Shown: positions 19,025-28,718 of the stretch, piece by piece
How the letters are laid out: each line of letters opens with the position of its first letter
Numbering within the stretch: the first letter of the stretch is position 1
Origin: an uncultured virus (IMG/VR IMGVR_UViG_3300015263_001049)
Lineage: Duplodnaviria; Heunggongvirae; Uroviricota; Caudoviricetes
Virus record (IMG/VR): IMGVR_UViG_3300015263_001049
Strand: one strand, 5' to 3'
DNA: 64,000 nt
Notes under the pieces: generated by a model
Told to the model about the DNA's origin: nothing
What the model saw: only the letters and a program-made list of their open reading frames with translations
The model's database searches: none
Program-made: the position numbers and the translations under genes

Positions 19025-19348
19025 TTGGACCGTCGAACCATCTCCTCCCAGATCGCTCTGTCAAGAACGAACAGGGAATTGGCGTGAGCGTACGCCAAGA
19101 ACGCCTCCGGGTATCTTAGCACCTCACGCTGAAATTCCCGCAGTTTGTCTAGCTTTTCCTCGTCTGTAGCACCAGGCTTCGAGGTGACGGTCTCCATCCA
19201 AAGGTGCTTCACATCTGTCTTGGAGAGGACTTGGATGGATCTCTTGCGAGCCTCTTTCATCTGCGAGGCGATAAAACCACGCAGTGACGTCAACTCCTTC
19301 ATCGTGAGATGCGAGAAGTCCGGGACGGGGACGGGCGTAGAGAGATGC

Positions 19349-19789
19349 TCAGCGGACACGAGTTCCACCAACACCGGAAGGGTGCATGGTGGTCGCCGCC
19401 CATGGGTTTTGACGGCGGGCGCGAGCGTAGGTCGAGCCGGTGAACGTGCTGCTCGTCGTGGTCGCTGTTGACTGCGGGTAGTAGTGCGTCACGTAGACGA
19501 CCTGGACGAAGGGTACCGGCTGCGGAGGCGGTTGGTGCTTGACCTGGAGCTTCTCCACGTCGTCCTTGAGGGTGGCCGCGATCTTGAACTTCGCCGTCTT
19601 CACGGGGTCGTTCCCCGTTCGATCCGGGTGATACTCGAAAGCCAGTCGCTTGAACCCAGCTTTCACCTTGTCCTTGAGGACTGTGAGAAGCCGTTGAGCT
19701 TCGGCCAAGGTTGGGGCTCGTTGGATCGCCTGGAAGTCCGCCTGCGTAACCCCCATCTCACGGAGGACTTGCTGAATCTCGGGGTTCAC
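19349..19789 (-). CDS. J-domain (DnaJ-like) protein
   Basis: 'KAGFKRLAFEYHPDR' containing HPD. Confidence 0.75.
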   Translation of the reverse strand: MNPEIQQVLREMGVTQADFQAIQRAPTLAEAQRLLTVLKDKVKAGFKRLAFEYHPDRTGNDPVKTAKFKIAATLKDDVEKLQVKHQPPPQPVPFVQVVYVTHYYPQSTATTTSSTFTGSTYARARRQNPWAATTMHPSGVGGTRVR

Positions 19790-20147
19790 TTGGGGTCACC
19801 GCCCTTTGAATGGCATCCAGAAGTTCATCGGCTTGGAAAGGCTTGTGGAGAAACCTGATCCCTGCCGCAGCTATTTCGTCGCGGAGACTTCGAGGCCCTC
19901 CTCCAGAGCAAATGATAAAGCGATCACCCAGAGCCGGTTGATGCTCCGTGACCCAACGGAAGAGATCGAGCCCCGTCGCAAGATCCATGACCAGGTCGGA
20001 CACGATGAAGTCCACGCGGGTTGTCTCCAACACCGCCTTCGCTGGCTCGACACCTGAAGCCGTGAGAACCTTATGACTTCTACGGAGGGTGCGCTCCATG
20101 ATCCTGAGATTCAGAGGTTCGTCATCCACGACCAGAACGACTGCCAT
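19758..20147 (-). CDS. single-domain response regulator (CheY-like)
   Basis: 'VLVVDDE', 'IVSDLVM', 'CSG', 'LHKPF'. Confidence 0.88.
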   Translation of the reverse strand: MAVVLVVDDEPLNLRIMERTLRRSHKVLTASGVEPAKAVLETTRVDFIVSDLVMDLATGLDLFRWVTEHQPALGDRFIICSGGGPRSLRDEIAAAGIRFLHKPFQADELLDAIQRAVTPSEPRDSASPP

Positions 20148-20194
20148 GCGATCAGTACACCTCCGGTTACCCTTCTATGGTGTAGTACCTGAGC

Positions 20195-20446
20195 ATGGGG
20201 CCGAACCGTACGGACATCGAGGTCTTCTCCTCGGTCAAGACACGCACGGACGCGCCCAAAATCATGGAGAGGTTGGCATACTTCACCGATCGCATCCAGA
20301 GCAAAGGCCGAGAGATCGACCGACTCCGGACCCAGGTTGGGAAGACCGACCCCGTGACCCTCGCCAGTGAGGCCAGTCGCGTAAGTGAGGAAATCTCGCG
20401 ACTAGAGGCCGAGCGGGAAGCATTCATCGACAGCGTTCTAGCCTGA
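20195..20446 (+). CDS. small coiled-coil hypothetical protein
   Basis: ATG 10 nt after a GGTGTA box. Confidence 0.55.
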   Translation: MGPNRTDIEVFSSVKTRTDAPKIMERLAYFTDRIQSKGREIDRLRTQVGKTDPVTLASEASRVSEEISRLEAEREAFIDSVLA

Positions 20447-20512
20447 AACCCCACGTACCCAAAAGGGAACACGCCGTTTCTATGCGTGTTTTTTGCCATT
20501 TGTAAGGAAAGC

Positions 20513-20812
20513 ATGAGCAACGAAGACCAGACCCTCAACTGCCGCGACTGCAAGCTCCCGTTCGTCTTCACGGCGGGAGAGCAGAAATTCTTTGCAGAGC
20601 GTCAGTTTACGCCTCCGACTCGATGCAAGAGCTGCCGTCAGATCCGAAAGCAGAACAAGGACGCCGAGGCTCAAGGTGGTACCTTCAACCCGTCTGGGGG
20701 CTTCTCCACGGGGCACTTCCAGCACGTCGGAGCACAAGCCGGTGGGAGCGGGGGTCGCCGTGGGGGAGGCGGCGGACGCAGGCGCCGTGATGACCAAGGC
20801 TACGAGGAGTAG
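20513..20812 (+). CDS. zinc-ribbon (zf-trcl-like) protein with Gly/Arg-rich tail
   Basis: 'DQTLNCRDCKLPFVFTAGEQKFFAERQFTPPTRCKSCR'. Confidence 0.8.
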   Translation: MSNEDQTLNCRDCKLPFVFTAGEQKFFAERQFTPPTRCKSCRQIRKQNKDAEAQGGTFNPSGGFSTGHFQHVGAQAGGSGGRRGGGGGRRRRDDQGYEE

Positions 20813-20821
20813 AGTAGCCTC

Positions 20822-21178
20822 ATGGCTACCAGGAAGAAGGTCGACCTCAGTGAAGGCACCCTCACGATTGTCTTCGAGGGGCTCAAGACGGTCCCCAGCG
20901 GCCCCTACAAGGGGGAGAAGACCATCGGCTCGATGAAGGTCTACGTTGGCGAGGAGCAGGTGGGGCTCCTCCAACGGTTCAAGGTGGAGGCGTTTGCCAA
21001 CGAACCTCTACCTCGCCTGGAGTTTGACTTCGGCGAGCACGAACCAGGCAAGCTCCGTAGCGTCTACGAGAAGACCCTCACCCGCATCCGGGAGTTCTTT
21101 CCGTGGGCGAGGTACGTGAGCCCGGTGGGGTCCAGTCCGAAAGAAGAGCTACCTACCCCGTTGGAACAGCCGAAGTAG
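20822..21178 (+). CDS. hypothetical protein
   Basis: 118 aa, in frame with the preceding TAG. Confidence 0.6.
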   Translation: MATRKKVDLSEGTLTIVFEGLKTVPSGPYKGEKTIGSMKVYVGEEQVGLLQRFKVEAFANEPLPRLEFDFGEHEPGKLRSVYEKTLTRIREFFPWARYVSPVGSSPKEELPTPLEQPK

Positions 21179-21562
21179 ACCCTCTTTCCCAACCTCCTCG
21201 AACAGCTCCGCGATGGTTTCCGTGCGGCCGGAGTCAACGGTGAGAGTTGGGGCTTGCATGCTCAACGTGTCCCCTGCCATCAACGTGGCGGTATGGGACG
21301 GAGTCATCGCGAACAGAGGAGGGGAGCCGGTCTCGGTCTCAAACCAAGCGAGACTGGTAACCGTGAACATCCCTTCGGTGAAGGTAGGAAAGGTGAAGTC
21401 CAACGTGTCCGGGGTAAACCTCACCCGCTGGTAACCTCGACTCGTGGGCTCTTGACCTTCGGCGTTGAGAAGCCCTACCCAAAGCGTCGGAACCGGAGGC
21501 GGCTCGTACTTGGGGCGGCCCGCTCGGATGTCCGCCCAGCAGTCTTCAAGATCCTCATCCAC
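21149..21562 (-). CDS. hypothetical protein
   Basis: GGTGTA box upstream; 'EPTSRGYQRV..FTFPT' weakly resembles phage tail-associated domains. Confidence 0.5.
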   Translation of the reverse strand: MDEDLEDCWADIRAGRPKYEPPPVPTLWVGLLNAEGQEPTSRGYQRVRFTPDTLDFTFPTFTEGMFTVTSLAWFETETGSPPLFAMTPSHTATLMAGDTLSMQAPTLTVDSGRTETIAELFEEVGKEGLLRLFQRGR

Positions 21563-21597
21563 CGCAGAAACTCTACACCATCGGTGTACCTTGAGCT

Positions 21598-21993
21598 ATG
21601 ACCCCGCTCTTCTCCGTCGTGGCTCTCATGCGCCGTGGAACGGACATCCTCGCGGTCTCCCGGAAGGACAACCACGAAGACCTCGGGCTCCCTGGAGGCA
21701 AGATCGACGAAGGGGAAACCCCTGAGCAGGCTCTCGCTCGGGAGATGGCCGAGGAGATCGGCTGCCGCCCTCTCGTGATGCTGCCTGCGTTCGAGCACCT
21801 GGACCGGGTCGAGGGCGACCAGCGCCGCCCCTGCCGCTGCTACCTCGTTCCGGAATGGGAGGGGGAGCCCGTCGCCAAGGAACGAGCACGAGTCGCGTGG
21901 GTGCCTCCGCAGAGGCTTCTGGAGCCTTCTTGCTCGTTCCACGAGTACAACCGGAGGTTGTTTGCCGCCGTCATGCCGATGGTGAAGTTCTGA
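21598..21993 (+). CDS. Nudix hydrolase
   Basis: Nudix box 'PGGKIDEGETPEQALAREMAEEIG'. Confidence 0.92.
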   Translation: MTPLFSVVALMRRGTDILAVSRKDNHEDLGLPGGKIDEGETPEQALAREMAEEIGCRPLVMLPAFEHLDRVEGDQRRPCRCYLVPEWEGEPVAKERARVAWVPPQRLLEPSCSFHEYNRRLFAAVMPMVKF

Positions 21994-22008
21994 TAGCTCC
22001 ACGAGGGT

Positions 22009-23106
22009 ATGGACACCCGAGTCATCGCCAGAGTCGTCAATCGCTTCCTGTTGAAGCAGGCTGGCCCTCTTAGGGACGTGTCGAAGCTCCGCTTTCAGGC
22101 AGTCTTCATGATGGGAGCCGGGGGTTCTGGCAAAGGCTTCGTCGGTGAACGCTGGATGAAGTACATGCCCGGTGGTGGCTCCGGGGGCGCATCTTCCAAG
22201 CAATTCAAGGAATTGAGCAAGCGACATCTCGATGAGGCGGAACGAGGGCTGTCCAACCTCAACTTCGAGAAGGCCGTGGAAACGCTGGCTCAGCGTGGCT
22301 TCAAGATCGAGCTTCAGGACCCCAGCCACGCGAAGATCCCGTTCCAGCTTTTCTACTACGACGAGAAGCAGAACGAACGTGAGATACTGCCGAGTGAATG
22401 GGCGGAGAAGCTACCGCCGCAGGTCTACAATCAGGTGAAGGGCTTGGAACAGGTCGTCTTTACGACGCCTGTTCACGAGCTACCGTCGTATTGGCGACAG
22501 GTGAACCCGGACATCTACAAGGAAGAGTTGGCCGGCTACGTGAAAGAGATGCCGGGGTACGTTCACGAGATGTCCTCGGGCATGAGCAAGTCGTACTTCC
22601 AGGCCATCCTCGAAACAGGAGACCCCCTGTTCGTTGACGGTACGGGCAGTAACCCTCAGAAGATGAGCCAGCAGATGGAGGCGGCGAGGAAGAGTGGTTA
22701 CCACTTGTCGCTCGTCTATGTTCTAGTCCCTCTGACGGTCAACTTGATCCGCAACGCCACGAGGGCTCGCAACGTCGATGCGATGGAGATCGTGAGCCAG
22801 TGGCAGAAGATCCAAGGGAGCTTCCACGAGATCCGGGGTATTGCCGACAAGGTGCATGTCGTTCTGAACCGCAACGACAAGGTGGACGTTGCCACGTACC
22901 GCGCTCAGAAAGAGCGTATCGACATGCAGATCCGCAAGTCGACCAACGGACGCTACGACGGCCTCTTCGATATCGTGAAGCACGAGGCCCCGAAGGAGTT
23001 GGCTGAGTGGGGCGCTCTCTTGAAGCCCGAAGCTGAGGCTGATTCAAAGCGTGTGTCTCCGATGCCCCCAGAGCAGGGCAAGATGCCAGATTGGTTCTCC
23101 TCCTGA
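22009..23106 (+). CDS. P-loop kinase (zeta-toxin/AAA_33-like) with N-terminal RVVNRFL tag
   Basis: 'FMMGAGGSGKG', 'VNPD', 'LFVDGTG', 'RNATRAR'. Confidence 0.75.
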   Translation: MDTRVIARVVNRFLLKQAGPLRDVSKLRFQAVFMMGAGGSGKGFVGERWMKYMPGGGSGGASSKQFKELSKRHLDEAERGLSNLNFEKAVETLAQRGFKIELQDPSHAKIPFQLFYYDEKQNEREILPSEWAEKLPPQVYNQVKGLEQVVFTTPVHELPSYWRQVNPDIYKEELAGYVKEMPGYVHEMSSGMSKSYFQAILETGDPLFVDGTGSNPQKMSQQMEAARKSGYHLSLVYVLVPLTVNLIRNATRARNVDAMEIVSQWQKIQGSFHEIRGIADKVHVVLNRNDKVDVATYRAQKERIDMQIRKSTNGRYDGLFDIVKHEAPKELAEWGALLKPEAEADSKRVSPMPPEQGKMPDWFSS

Positions 23107-23199
23107 AATGTCCGACAAAACGGTGGTTTTTTGATTGAAAGACCACCGTAACCCAGTGATTCCGCCTGTAGATGGGTTACACTACAAGGGTGGAAAGGG

Positions 23200-23553
23200 T
23201 TGGCCATGAAACGGAAGAAGAAACCCGTCAGTTATCGGGAACATCTGAACGAGAAAGGGGCTTGGTACCTGTTCGGGTACCTGAGCGACCGGGTGTTCCC
23301 AGCACCCTCCGACAGTGTGTGCGAGAAGCTGAAAGAGTGTGTTGAGCTGTTCCTGAATACCCAACCGGGAGCATTCGACAACGCATACGAGGCGGAGACG
23401 GAGGCGGCGGAGAAGAGCGGAAGGGACTTCGACCTCGAATGTGCCCTGAAACCCCTGGAAGAAAAGCTCCTCACTTACGCGAGGGACAACGGCTACGGAC
23501 ACTTCAACAAGAACGAACGGCCGATGTACGCGTCTTCGCAGTACGTGGGCTAG
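23200..23553 (+). CDS. hypothetical protein
   Basis: 117 aa ORF. Confidence 0.55.
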   Translation: MAMKRKKKPVSYREHLNEKGAWYLFGYLSDRVFPAPSDSVCEKLKECVELFLNTQPGAFDNAYEAETEAAEKSGRDFDLECALKPLEEKLLTYARDNGYGHFNKNERPMYASSQYVG

Positions 23554-23562
23554 AATAGCGGC

Positions 23563-23883
23563 ATGAAGACGCTTCGAGACCTCGTCACCACCCAAGCCAA
23601 GACCGATACGGACCTCAAGGGTGCTGCCCGAGGTGATGGGCCGTTGGCCAACCCCAACGTTCACCCTATCGAAGCTCAGATGACCGCGAGGATGCCCGGA
23701 GACCTCGTCGCAACGCACCCGCTGCACTCCGAGAACCCCTTTCCGGTCAACAACCCCCAGGCCGTCCTGAGAGCCCTCCGTTCAGGGAACCTGTCCCCGG
23801 AGCAAGAGCGACAAGCTAGGTCCGCTCTCGATGCGTACGGCAAGCTCTCCGGCGATCCGGTCGGCGGCCCCAGGAAGCCCTAG
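23563..23883 (+). CDS. hypothetical protein
   Basis: 106 aa ORF. Confidence 0.55.
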   Translation: MKTLRDLVTTQAKTDTDLKGAARGDGPLANPNVHPIEAQMTARMPGDLVATHPLHSENPFPVNNPQAVLRALRSGNLSPEQERQARSALDAYGKLSGDPVGGPRKP

Positions 23884-24275
23884 AGAAGCGGTTTGACCTT
23901 CTCCGCCCATTCTTTGGGTGTGATCTTCTTCGCCCAGTAGAGTTTGTACGCTTCGGAAACCCCTTCGGGCAACTTGCTGAGGAAGGCAGTGAGGGCTCTC
24001 TTCAGTTCAGGCAAGGACTCAAATTCCTTGTCCTCGAAGGCATCCGCACCGGCTGCATCTCCAATCGGGCCTTGCAGCGAGGGGACGTAAGCCCTCGTTG
24101 TATACTTCTTTTGCATCACCCCGACCGACTCTTGTTCGACCTCGCGGGTGATCTCACCGACTAGGACCCCATCAAGTAGGATGTCCGCAGGCTTCCCCCC
24201 GTCTCCGTCAATGCGACCGAAAGGCTTGAAGGTCACACGGCCGGCAGTAATTGTGCGACGGTCGTAGTCATACAT
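23880..24275 (-). CDS. hypothetical protein with N-terminal YDYDRR tag
   Basis: begins MYDYDRRT. Confidence 0.65.
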   Translation of the reverse strand: MYDYDRRTITAGRVTFKPFGRIDGDGGKPADILLDGVLVGEITREVEQESVGVMQKKYTTRAYVPSLQGPIGDAAGADAFEDKEFESLPELKRALTAFLSKLPEGVSEAYKLYWAKKITPKEWAEKVKPLL

Positions 24276-24282
24276 ACCAACC

Positions 24283-24516
24283 TCAGTCAATAAAACCCTT
24301 CACGATCCGCAGAATCTCCCGCGAGGTGACCAGCCGGCACTTGGCTTGGATCTCGACGATGCGCCGCTTCGGGATGTCGTAGTGAGGGAACCGGCTCCTC
24401 CGGTGGAACCAGCAAGGGTGGAGGCCCAAGTCCTGGGCCATCTTGTGGAGGTTCTCGATGCTGAAAGGTACGCAGACGAGGTGCCTGGCGTTGTCGCAGT
24501 AGTACGTGAGGGTCAC
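24283..24516 (-). CDS. DUF4031-like small protein
   Basis: 'HLVC...LHKMAQDLGL..CWFH...PHYDI'; GTGA overlap. Confidence 0.7.
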   Translation of the reverse strand: MTLTYYCDNARHLVCVPFSIENLHKMAQDLGLHPCWFHRRSRFPHYDIPKRRIVEIQAKCRLVTSREILRIVKGFID

Positions 24517-24770
24517 AAGCCCTGTTGCTTCACGTAGACGTAGCCCTTGTCCGTGAGAGTCACGAGGAAGCTCCGCTCCCCTTCGTCGATCGTCACGAGC
24601 TTCTTCTTCTCCAAGAGCTTGCACCCGTGAAGGTGTTTGCTGCTCGGCCGTAGCTCCAAGGGTTCCCCCTTCGCGTCAGCCTTGAGGATGAATCGGAGAG
24701 CCTCCAGTTCAGGCGGAGAAGCCTCCGCCGCAAAGCGGGCTGCAACACGGAGGGCGATTGGGTCCATCAC
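24513..24770 (-). CDS. small winged-helix-like protein with N-terminal RVAARF tag
   Basis: begins MDPIALRVAARFAA; ends 'LEKKKLV...VTLTDKG'. Confidence 0.6.
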   Translation of the reverse strand: MMDPIALRVAARFAAEASPPELEALRFILKADAKGEPLELRPSSKHLHGCKLLEKKKLVTIDEGERSFLVTLTDKGYVYVKQQGL

Positions 24771-24799
24771 AAGGCTCGGGAGATTGAAGGATTAAATCA

Positions 24800-25302
24800 C
24801 GAAACCCCGCAAGCCTTTCGGCCAACGGGGTCCGCTACCACCTTCAACAGCCTTTCTAGGGCATGTCCTCGCCCGGTTGCCCGGAGATGGTCGAGGCTCG
24901 CTTCCAGTTTCCCAAAAACGAGGTGACGACGCCTCGGATACCGCTGCCTGCAAGTTTGACCCTGCCGCTTAGCCTACCCGCTCGACACAGGAACTACCCC
25001 GCATCGAAGACACCCGACGAATCTCTCGACCCGCCGACCTCCCCGGTGTTTCACCCTTTCGAGTGTTTGCCGGAGCCGTAGTAACCAGGCCCATCGCTGG
25101 GTTCCAATCACCACTCGGGATTTCTTTCGTCCTCCCGCAGATTCCGAACGGCCTTTCAACCGCTCAGAGGGAGCCGGACTTCTTGCGTCCTCCGACTCTT
25201 CTCCCAGACTTCTTTCGTCCTCTGAGAGCCTTGCTCTGCCTAGCTCGCGCTAGCGTCGCCGACCTTTCAACGTTCAGGAGTTGCCCCCTGTCGTTCAAGG
25301 CG
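24800..25302 (-). ncRNA. large structured non-coding RNA (~500 nt; ROOL/GOLLD-like class possible)
   Basis: No credible ORF; sigma70-like promoter; at least six GNRA-capped hairpins; three 16-nt internal repeats; 3' GC hairpin followed by TTT. Confidence 0.7.
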
Positions 25303-25308
25303 GGGCGG

Positions 25309-25337
25309 ACAATACAGGTGGACCCTCGACATGGCAA
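25309..25337 (-). promoter_or_regulatory. sigma70-like promoter TTGCCA-N17-TATTGT for the ncRNA
   Basis: -35 at 25337-25332, -10 at 25314-25309, A-tract upstream. Confidence 0.6.
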
Positions 25338-25493
25338 ACACTTTTTTCGCCTGTCATGTCGATTTCTTACAGCCTTGTCAAACCAGGGAACTTTGCGTCA
25401 CCACCTTCGCGAAACTACGGTGTAGTAGAAGAAAGCGACCGAGCCCTCGTGATTCCGGTTGAAACCAGGGCGGTTCGATCGTCTACGAATACG

Positions 25494-25727
25494 ATGACGA
25501 CCTACGACGAACTAGCCGTGGAGATCCTTCTTGGCCCTGGCTCGAAGAAAGTCAGGGATGCGAAGCTCTCGAAACTCGCCAAAGAGGCGAGGAGCAAGCT
25601 CGAAGGCCGAGTCTCCTGTCCCGAGTGTGGGGACGAAGGCCCTCACGATGACAACGGGGCCACGGGCGTCCACAAGAGCTACCTCTGCTCCGGTTGCGGG
25701 TGCTGCTTCGATGAGGTGCCGGCGTGA
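25494..25727 (+). CDS. small zinc-ribbon protein
   Basis: CPECG...CSGCG; follows a CGTCTA promoter. Confidence 0.6.
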   Translation: MTTYDELAVEILLGPGSKKVRDAKLSKLAKEARSKLEGRVSCPECGDEGPHDDNGATGVHKSYLCSGCGCCFDEVPA

Positions 25728-25980
25728 CCTCTCTCCGCCGCACCAAGGAAGCCCTCGCCGTCTACGACGCAGACAACCCACGTCGTGACGCCCTCTGGGA
25801 CGCCGTTCAGACCGAGGAAGACGTCTACGCCGCAGAGGCCGAGGACAAGGCCGCTGCCGACAAGGTCCGCGAGGCTTTCGCCTTGGACACTCAACACGTC
25901 AACAGCCGGGACCGAGCCTTCTTGGTCGGCCCGAACGACCCCTGGCTTCGGGGCATGGTTGCTAAGTACGGAGACGCCTC

Positions 25981-26502
25981 ATGACCCTGATTCACTTCCA
26001 AGACCACCGGGACAACCGCTACCACCAACTTCCCGAGGACACCCCGGTCCGCACCGAGGACGGCACCCTCTGTCTTCTCAAAGACGCCCGAACGACCACG
26101 GAGGTCGAGGTCTTCATGGACGGCGTCTGGGTCAAGGGGTGGCTCCCCGGAGAGCCCACGATCTACATGTTTCAGGTCGAGTGCGTTTCGTACGAGGACG
26201 AGAAGGGTGTTGCCGCCGTCCTCCACGACTCGCTGATCAAGCACCACGGGGCTAGGGAGAGCAAGCTCCCGTGGCACAAGATCATCCCTCCGACCAAGCA
26301 GGTGCGGGACCTCGGACCCGAGGCGTACGTCGTCATCGCTCGTGAGGACCGCCAACCGGACGGCTCACAGGGTCGCTACACGCTCTGCACCCGTCAAATC
26401 TTCGCTACGGAACAGCAGGCCAAGGACTACGCCGATGGGGTCAGCCCGTCGCGAGAGGCCATCGTTGTCCCCGGTCGCTTCAACGAGCTGAGGAAGCCAT
26501 GA
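25981..26502 (+). CDS. hypothetical protein
   Basis: ATGA overlap within an operon. Confidence 0.6.
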   Translation: MTLIHFQDHRDNRYHQLPEDTPVRTEDGTLCLLKDARTTTEVEVFMDGVWVKGWLPGEPTIYMFQVECVSYEDEKGVAAVLHDSLIKHHGARESKLPWHKIIPPTKQVRDLGPEAYVVIAREDRQPDGSQGRYTLCTRQIFATEQQAKDYADGVSPSREAIVVPGRFNELRKP

Positions 26503-26674
26503 GCCGCACGGAAGCCTACCGCAAGGACCGCAAAGGCGACTTCTACGTGGACGACGACGAGAAGTCCGGGAGCTGGGGAGTCTTCGGCTCGGAGACAGGT
26601 TTCTGCTACGGGACCTTCGCCGACACGGCCGACGCATACCGCTACTGCAACGACCTCACGGACGGCAAAGAAGC

Positions 26675-27013
26675 ATGAGCTGGCCTGCCCCTGGCAGCCT
26701 GAATCGTGAGCCTCAAGAGGGGGATGTCTACGAGTTCGTTCACAACTCGCAGTCCATCGTCGGCTACTCGTTCCCCCAAGGCTCGAAGCTCACGCTCGTC
26801 AAGTGGACCGAGGAGGCTCCCTACCGCCACGAACCCACGGGAATCCCCTTCAAAGACCCAGCCGGCAACTGGCTCGTGGACGGACCCAACGGGCGAACCG
26901 TCTGGTCATCGATCCGGCAAATGCTCGCCATCGGCCAGATCAAGCTCGTCATGCAGCTCAAGACCCTCAGCAACGACCGGCGCAGCCGGTTCAATCGGAA
27001 CGATGTTATATGA
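26675..27013 (+). CDS. hypothetical protein with C-terminal RSRFNRNDVI tag
   Basis: operon member; terminal tag. Confidence 0.65.
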   Translation: MSWPAPGSLNREPQEGDVYEFVHNSQSIVGYSFPQGSKLTLVKWTEEAPYRHEPTGIPFKDPAGNWLVDGPNGRTVWSSIRQMLAIGQIKLVMQLKTLSNDRRSRFNRNDVI

Positions 27014-27926
27014 AGCACGGGGAAGTCTGTCACCACGGGTTGAAAGAGGAGCCTGACGGGTACGCTGAAACCAAGTCGGAGACGTGGTGCGAGCACTGCG
27101 AGCGCTGGATTCCCACCGATGGTGTCATAGGTCCGCTCACCTTCATGGCGAAGCATCGGGACGGGGACTGCCAGAAATCCTGAAAATCACGCCGGGTCGA
27201 TCGTCTACCAAGCCATGAACAGCGACCTCATCTTCGCCCTCGCCATTGCCTTCACCAAGGGCGTGGTGTTGTCCGCCAACGACGTCACGGCCGGGAACGG
27301 CAAGGTGATTGATTGGCGCACCGTGAAGTGCGGCGATACCGTCATCGAGGCGGCTGACGCCTACGATGTGGCCGTGTGCTTCGTAAGCCTCGCCGGCCAC
27401 GGGGCGGCGGGGTACGCCCTCGACGCCAAGGATGCCGCGTAATGGGCCTCCGGAGGCGTCGTTCGGAGCCCAAGCCGGCTCCCATCCCTCCCTCACTGGC
27501 GGCCCTTCTAGGCCGCCAGGAGGCGCTCCAAGACGAGCTGGACGAAGCCGGGGAGTTCATCGGTGACGAGGTGCTGCGGCTCGTCAGCGAGAATCGAAGC
27601 AAAATCAATGAGTATTCGTTGAGTCATCGTCCGGCTGAGCCGTTCGAGGAGGATGAGTTGAAGCTCGGCCCTCACGAATGCTCAGGTCCCCTTGGGTTGT
27701 GTGTGTACGACGACACACACGACCCTCGCCACGATACCTGCTTGTTTTGCAGCCAGCCGAGGGAAAGGAAGTAGCTGTATGATGTGGTTCACCCAGCCGA
27801 CAATTCGCCAAATGTTGTGGGTACTTTGGGGTGATTTCAAGAGGAGGGTTTCGCCACGATGCTCGCATTGTGGCAAGAAAATCGTCTAAAGGGTGGAAAC
27901 CCTCAGACCTCAATCGTCTACCCAAC

Positions 27927-28310
27927 ATGAGCCAGAACACAGAAACGGTTGCAGTTGGTACGGGCGCTACGTTCACGGTCTGGACGGACGCCTACGCTTG
28001 TACGGTGGTTGAGGTTCGCCGGAACGGCCGGGAGGTGGTGCTTCGCCGCGATAAGGCGACCCTCCTCAACGGTTTCAACTCGGGCGAGGCGGATGCCCTG
28101 GAGTTCACGCCCGGTGGCTTCTGCGGTCACGTAGAGGGTTGCCAGCGGTACGCCTACGAGCCGAACCCCGAGGGGGAGTTGTTCGTGGTCACCCGCCGAA
28201 CGAAGAAGAACAAGTCGGTCGTGTGGAAGCAGAAAGGGCTCCCCACCAAGCAGCCGGGCGGTTACGCCAGCTTCGGGCGTCGCTCGGAGCACTACGACTA
28301 CAACTTCTGA
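27927..28310 (+). CDS. hypothetical protein (leaderless)
   Basis: ATG 6 nt after CGTCTA; 'VGTGAT..WTDAYACTV'. Confidence 0.7.
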   Translation: MSQNTETVAVGTGATFTVWTDAYACTVVEVRRNGREVVLRRDKATLLNGFNSGEADALEFTPGGFCGHVEGCQRYAYEPNPEGELFVVTRRTKKNKSVVWKQKGLPTKQPGGYASFGRRSEHYDYNF

Positions 28311-28375
28311 CAGCGGAATCGTCAGATAAACGAGGGGGAGGTTCAAAAAACCTCCCCCTCGATCGTCTACCAGAC

Positions 28376-28687
28376 ATGACGAACCTCGACCTCGCCAACA
28401 TCATCATCCAGCAGATCGGCCGTTCCACGCGGAACCTTTCGATGGCGATCGGCGCCCACACCTTCACGGCCGGTGAGCAAAGCCTCACCTTCAAGTTCAA
28501 GGCTCGGGCCAAGAACGGCGCCAACTGCGCCCGGATTACGCTCCTCCCAAGCGACACCTACAAGGTGGAGCTGCTCTCCCTCCGGGGCGCCAGCATCAAG
28601 ACGAAGTACGAGTTTGAGGGGGCCTACGCCGAAGACCTCAAGCCGATCTTCGAGCGTGAAACCGGCCTCTATCTCTCCCTTTTCTGA
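28376..28687 (+). CDS. hypothetical phage protein (leaderless)
   Basis: ATG 6 nt after CGTCTA; 'ANIIIQQIG...FERETGLYLSL'. Confidence 0.7.
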   Translation: MTNLDLANIIIQQIGRSTRNLSMAIGAHTFTAGEQSLTFKFKARAKNGANCARITLLPSDTYKVELLSLRGASIKTKYEFEGAYAEDLKPIFERETGLYLSLF

Positions 28688-28718
28688 AAAACCGCCAACC
28701 CTCGATCGTCTACAAGCC

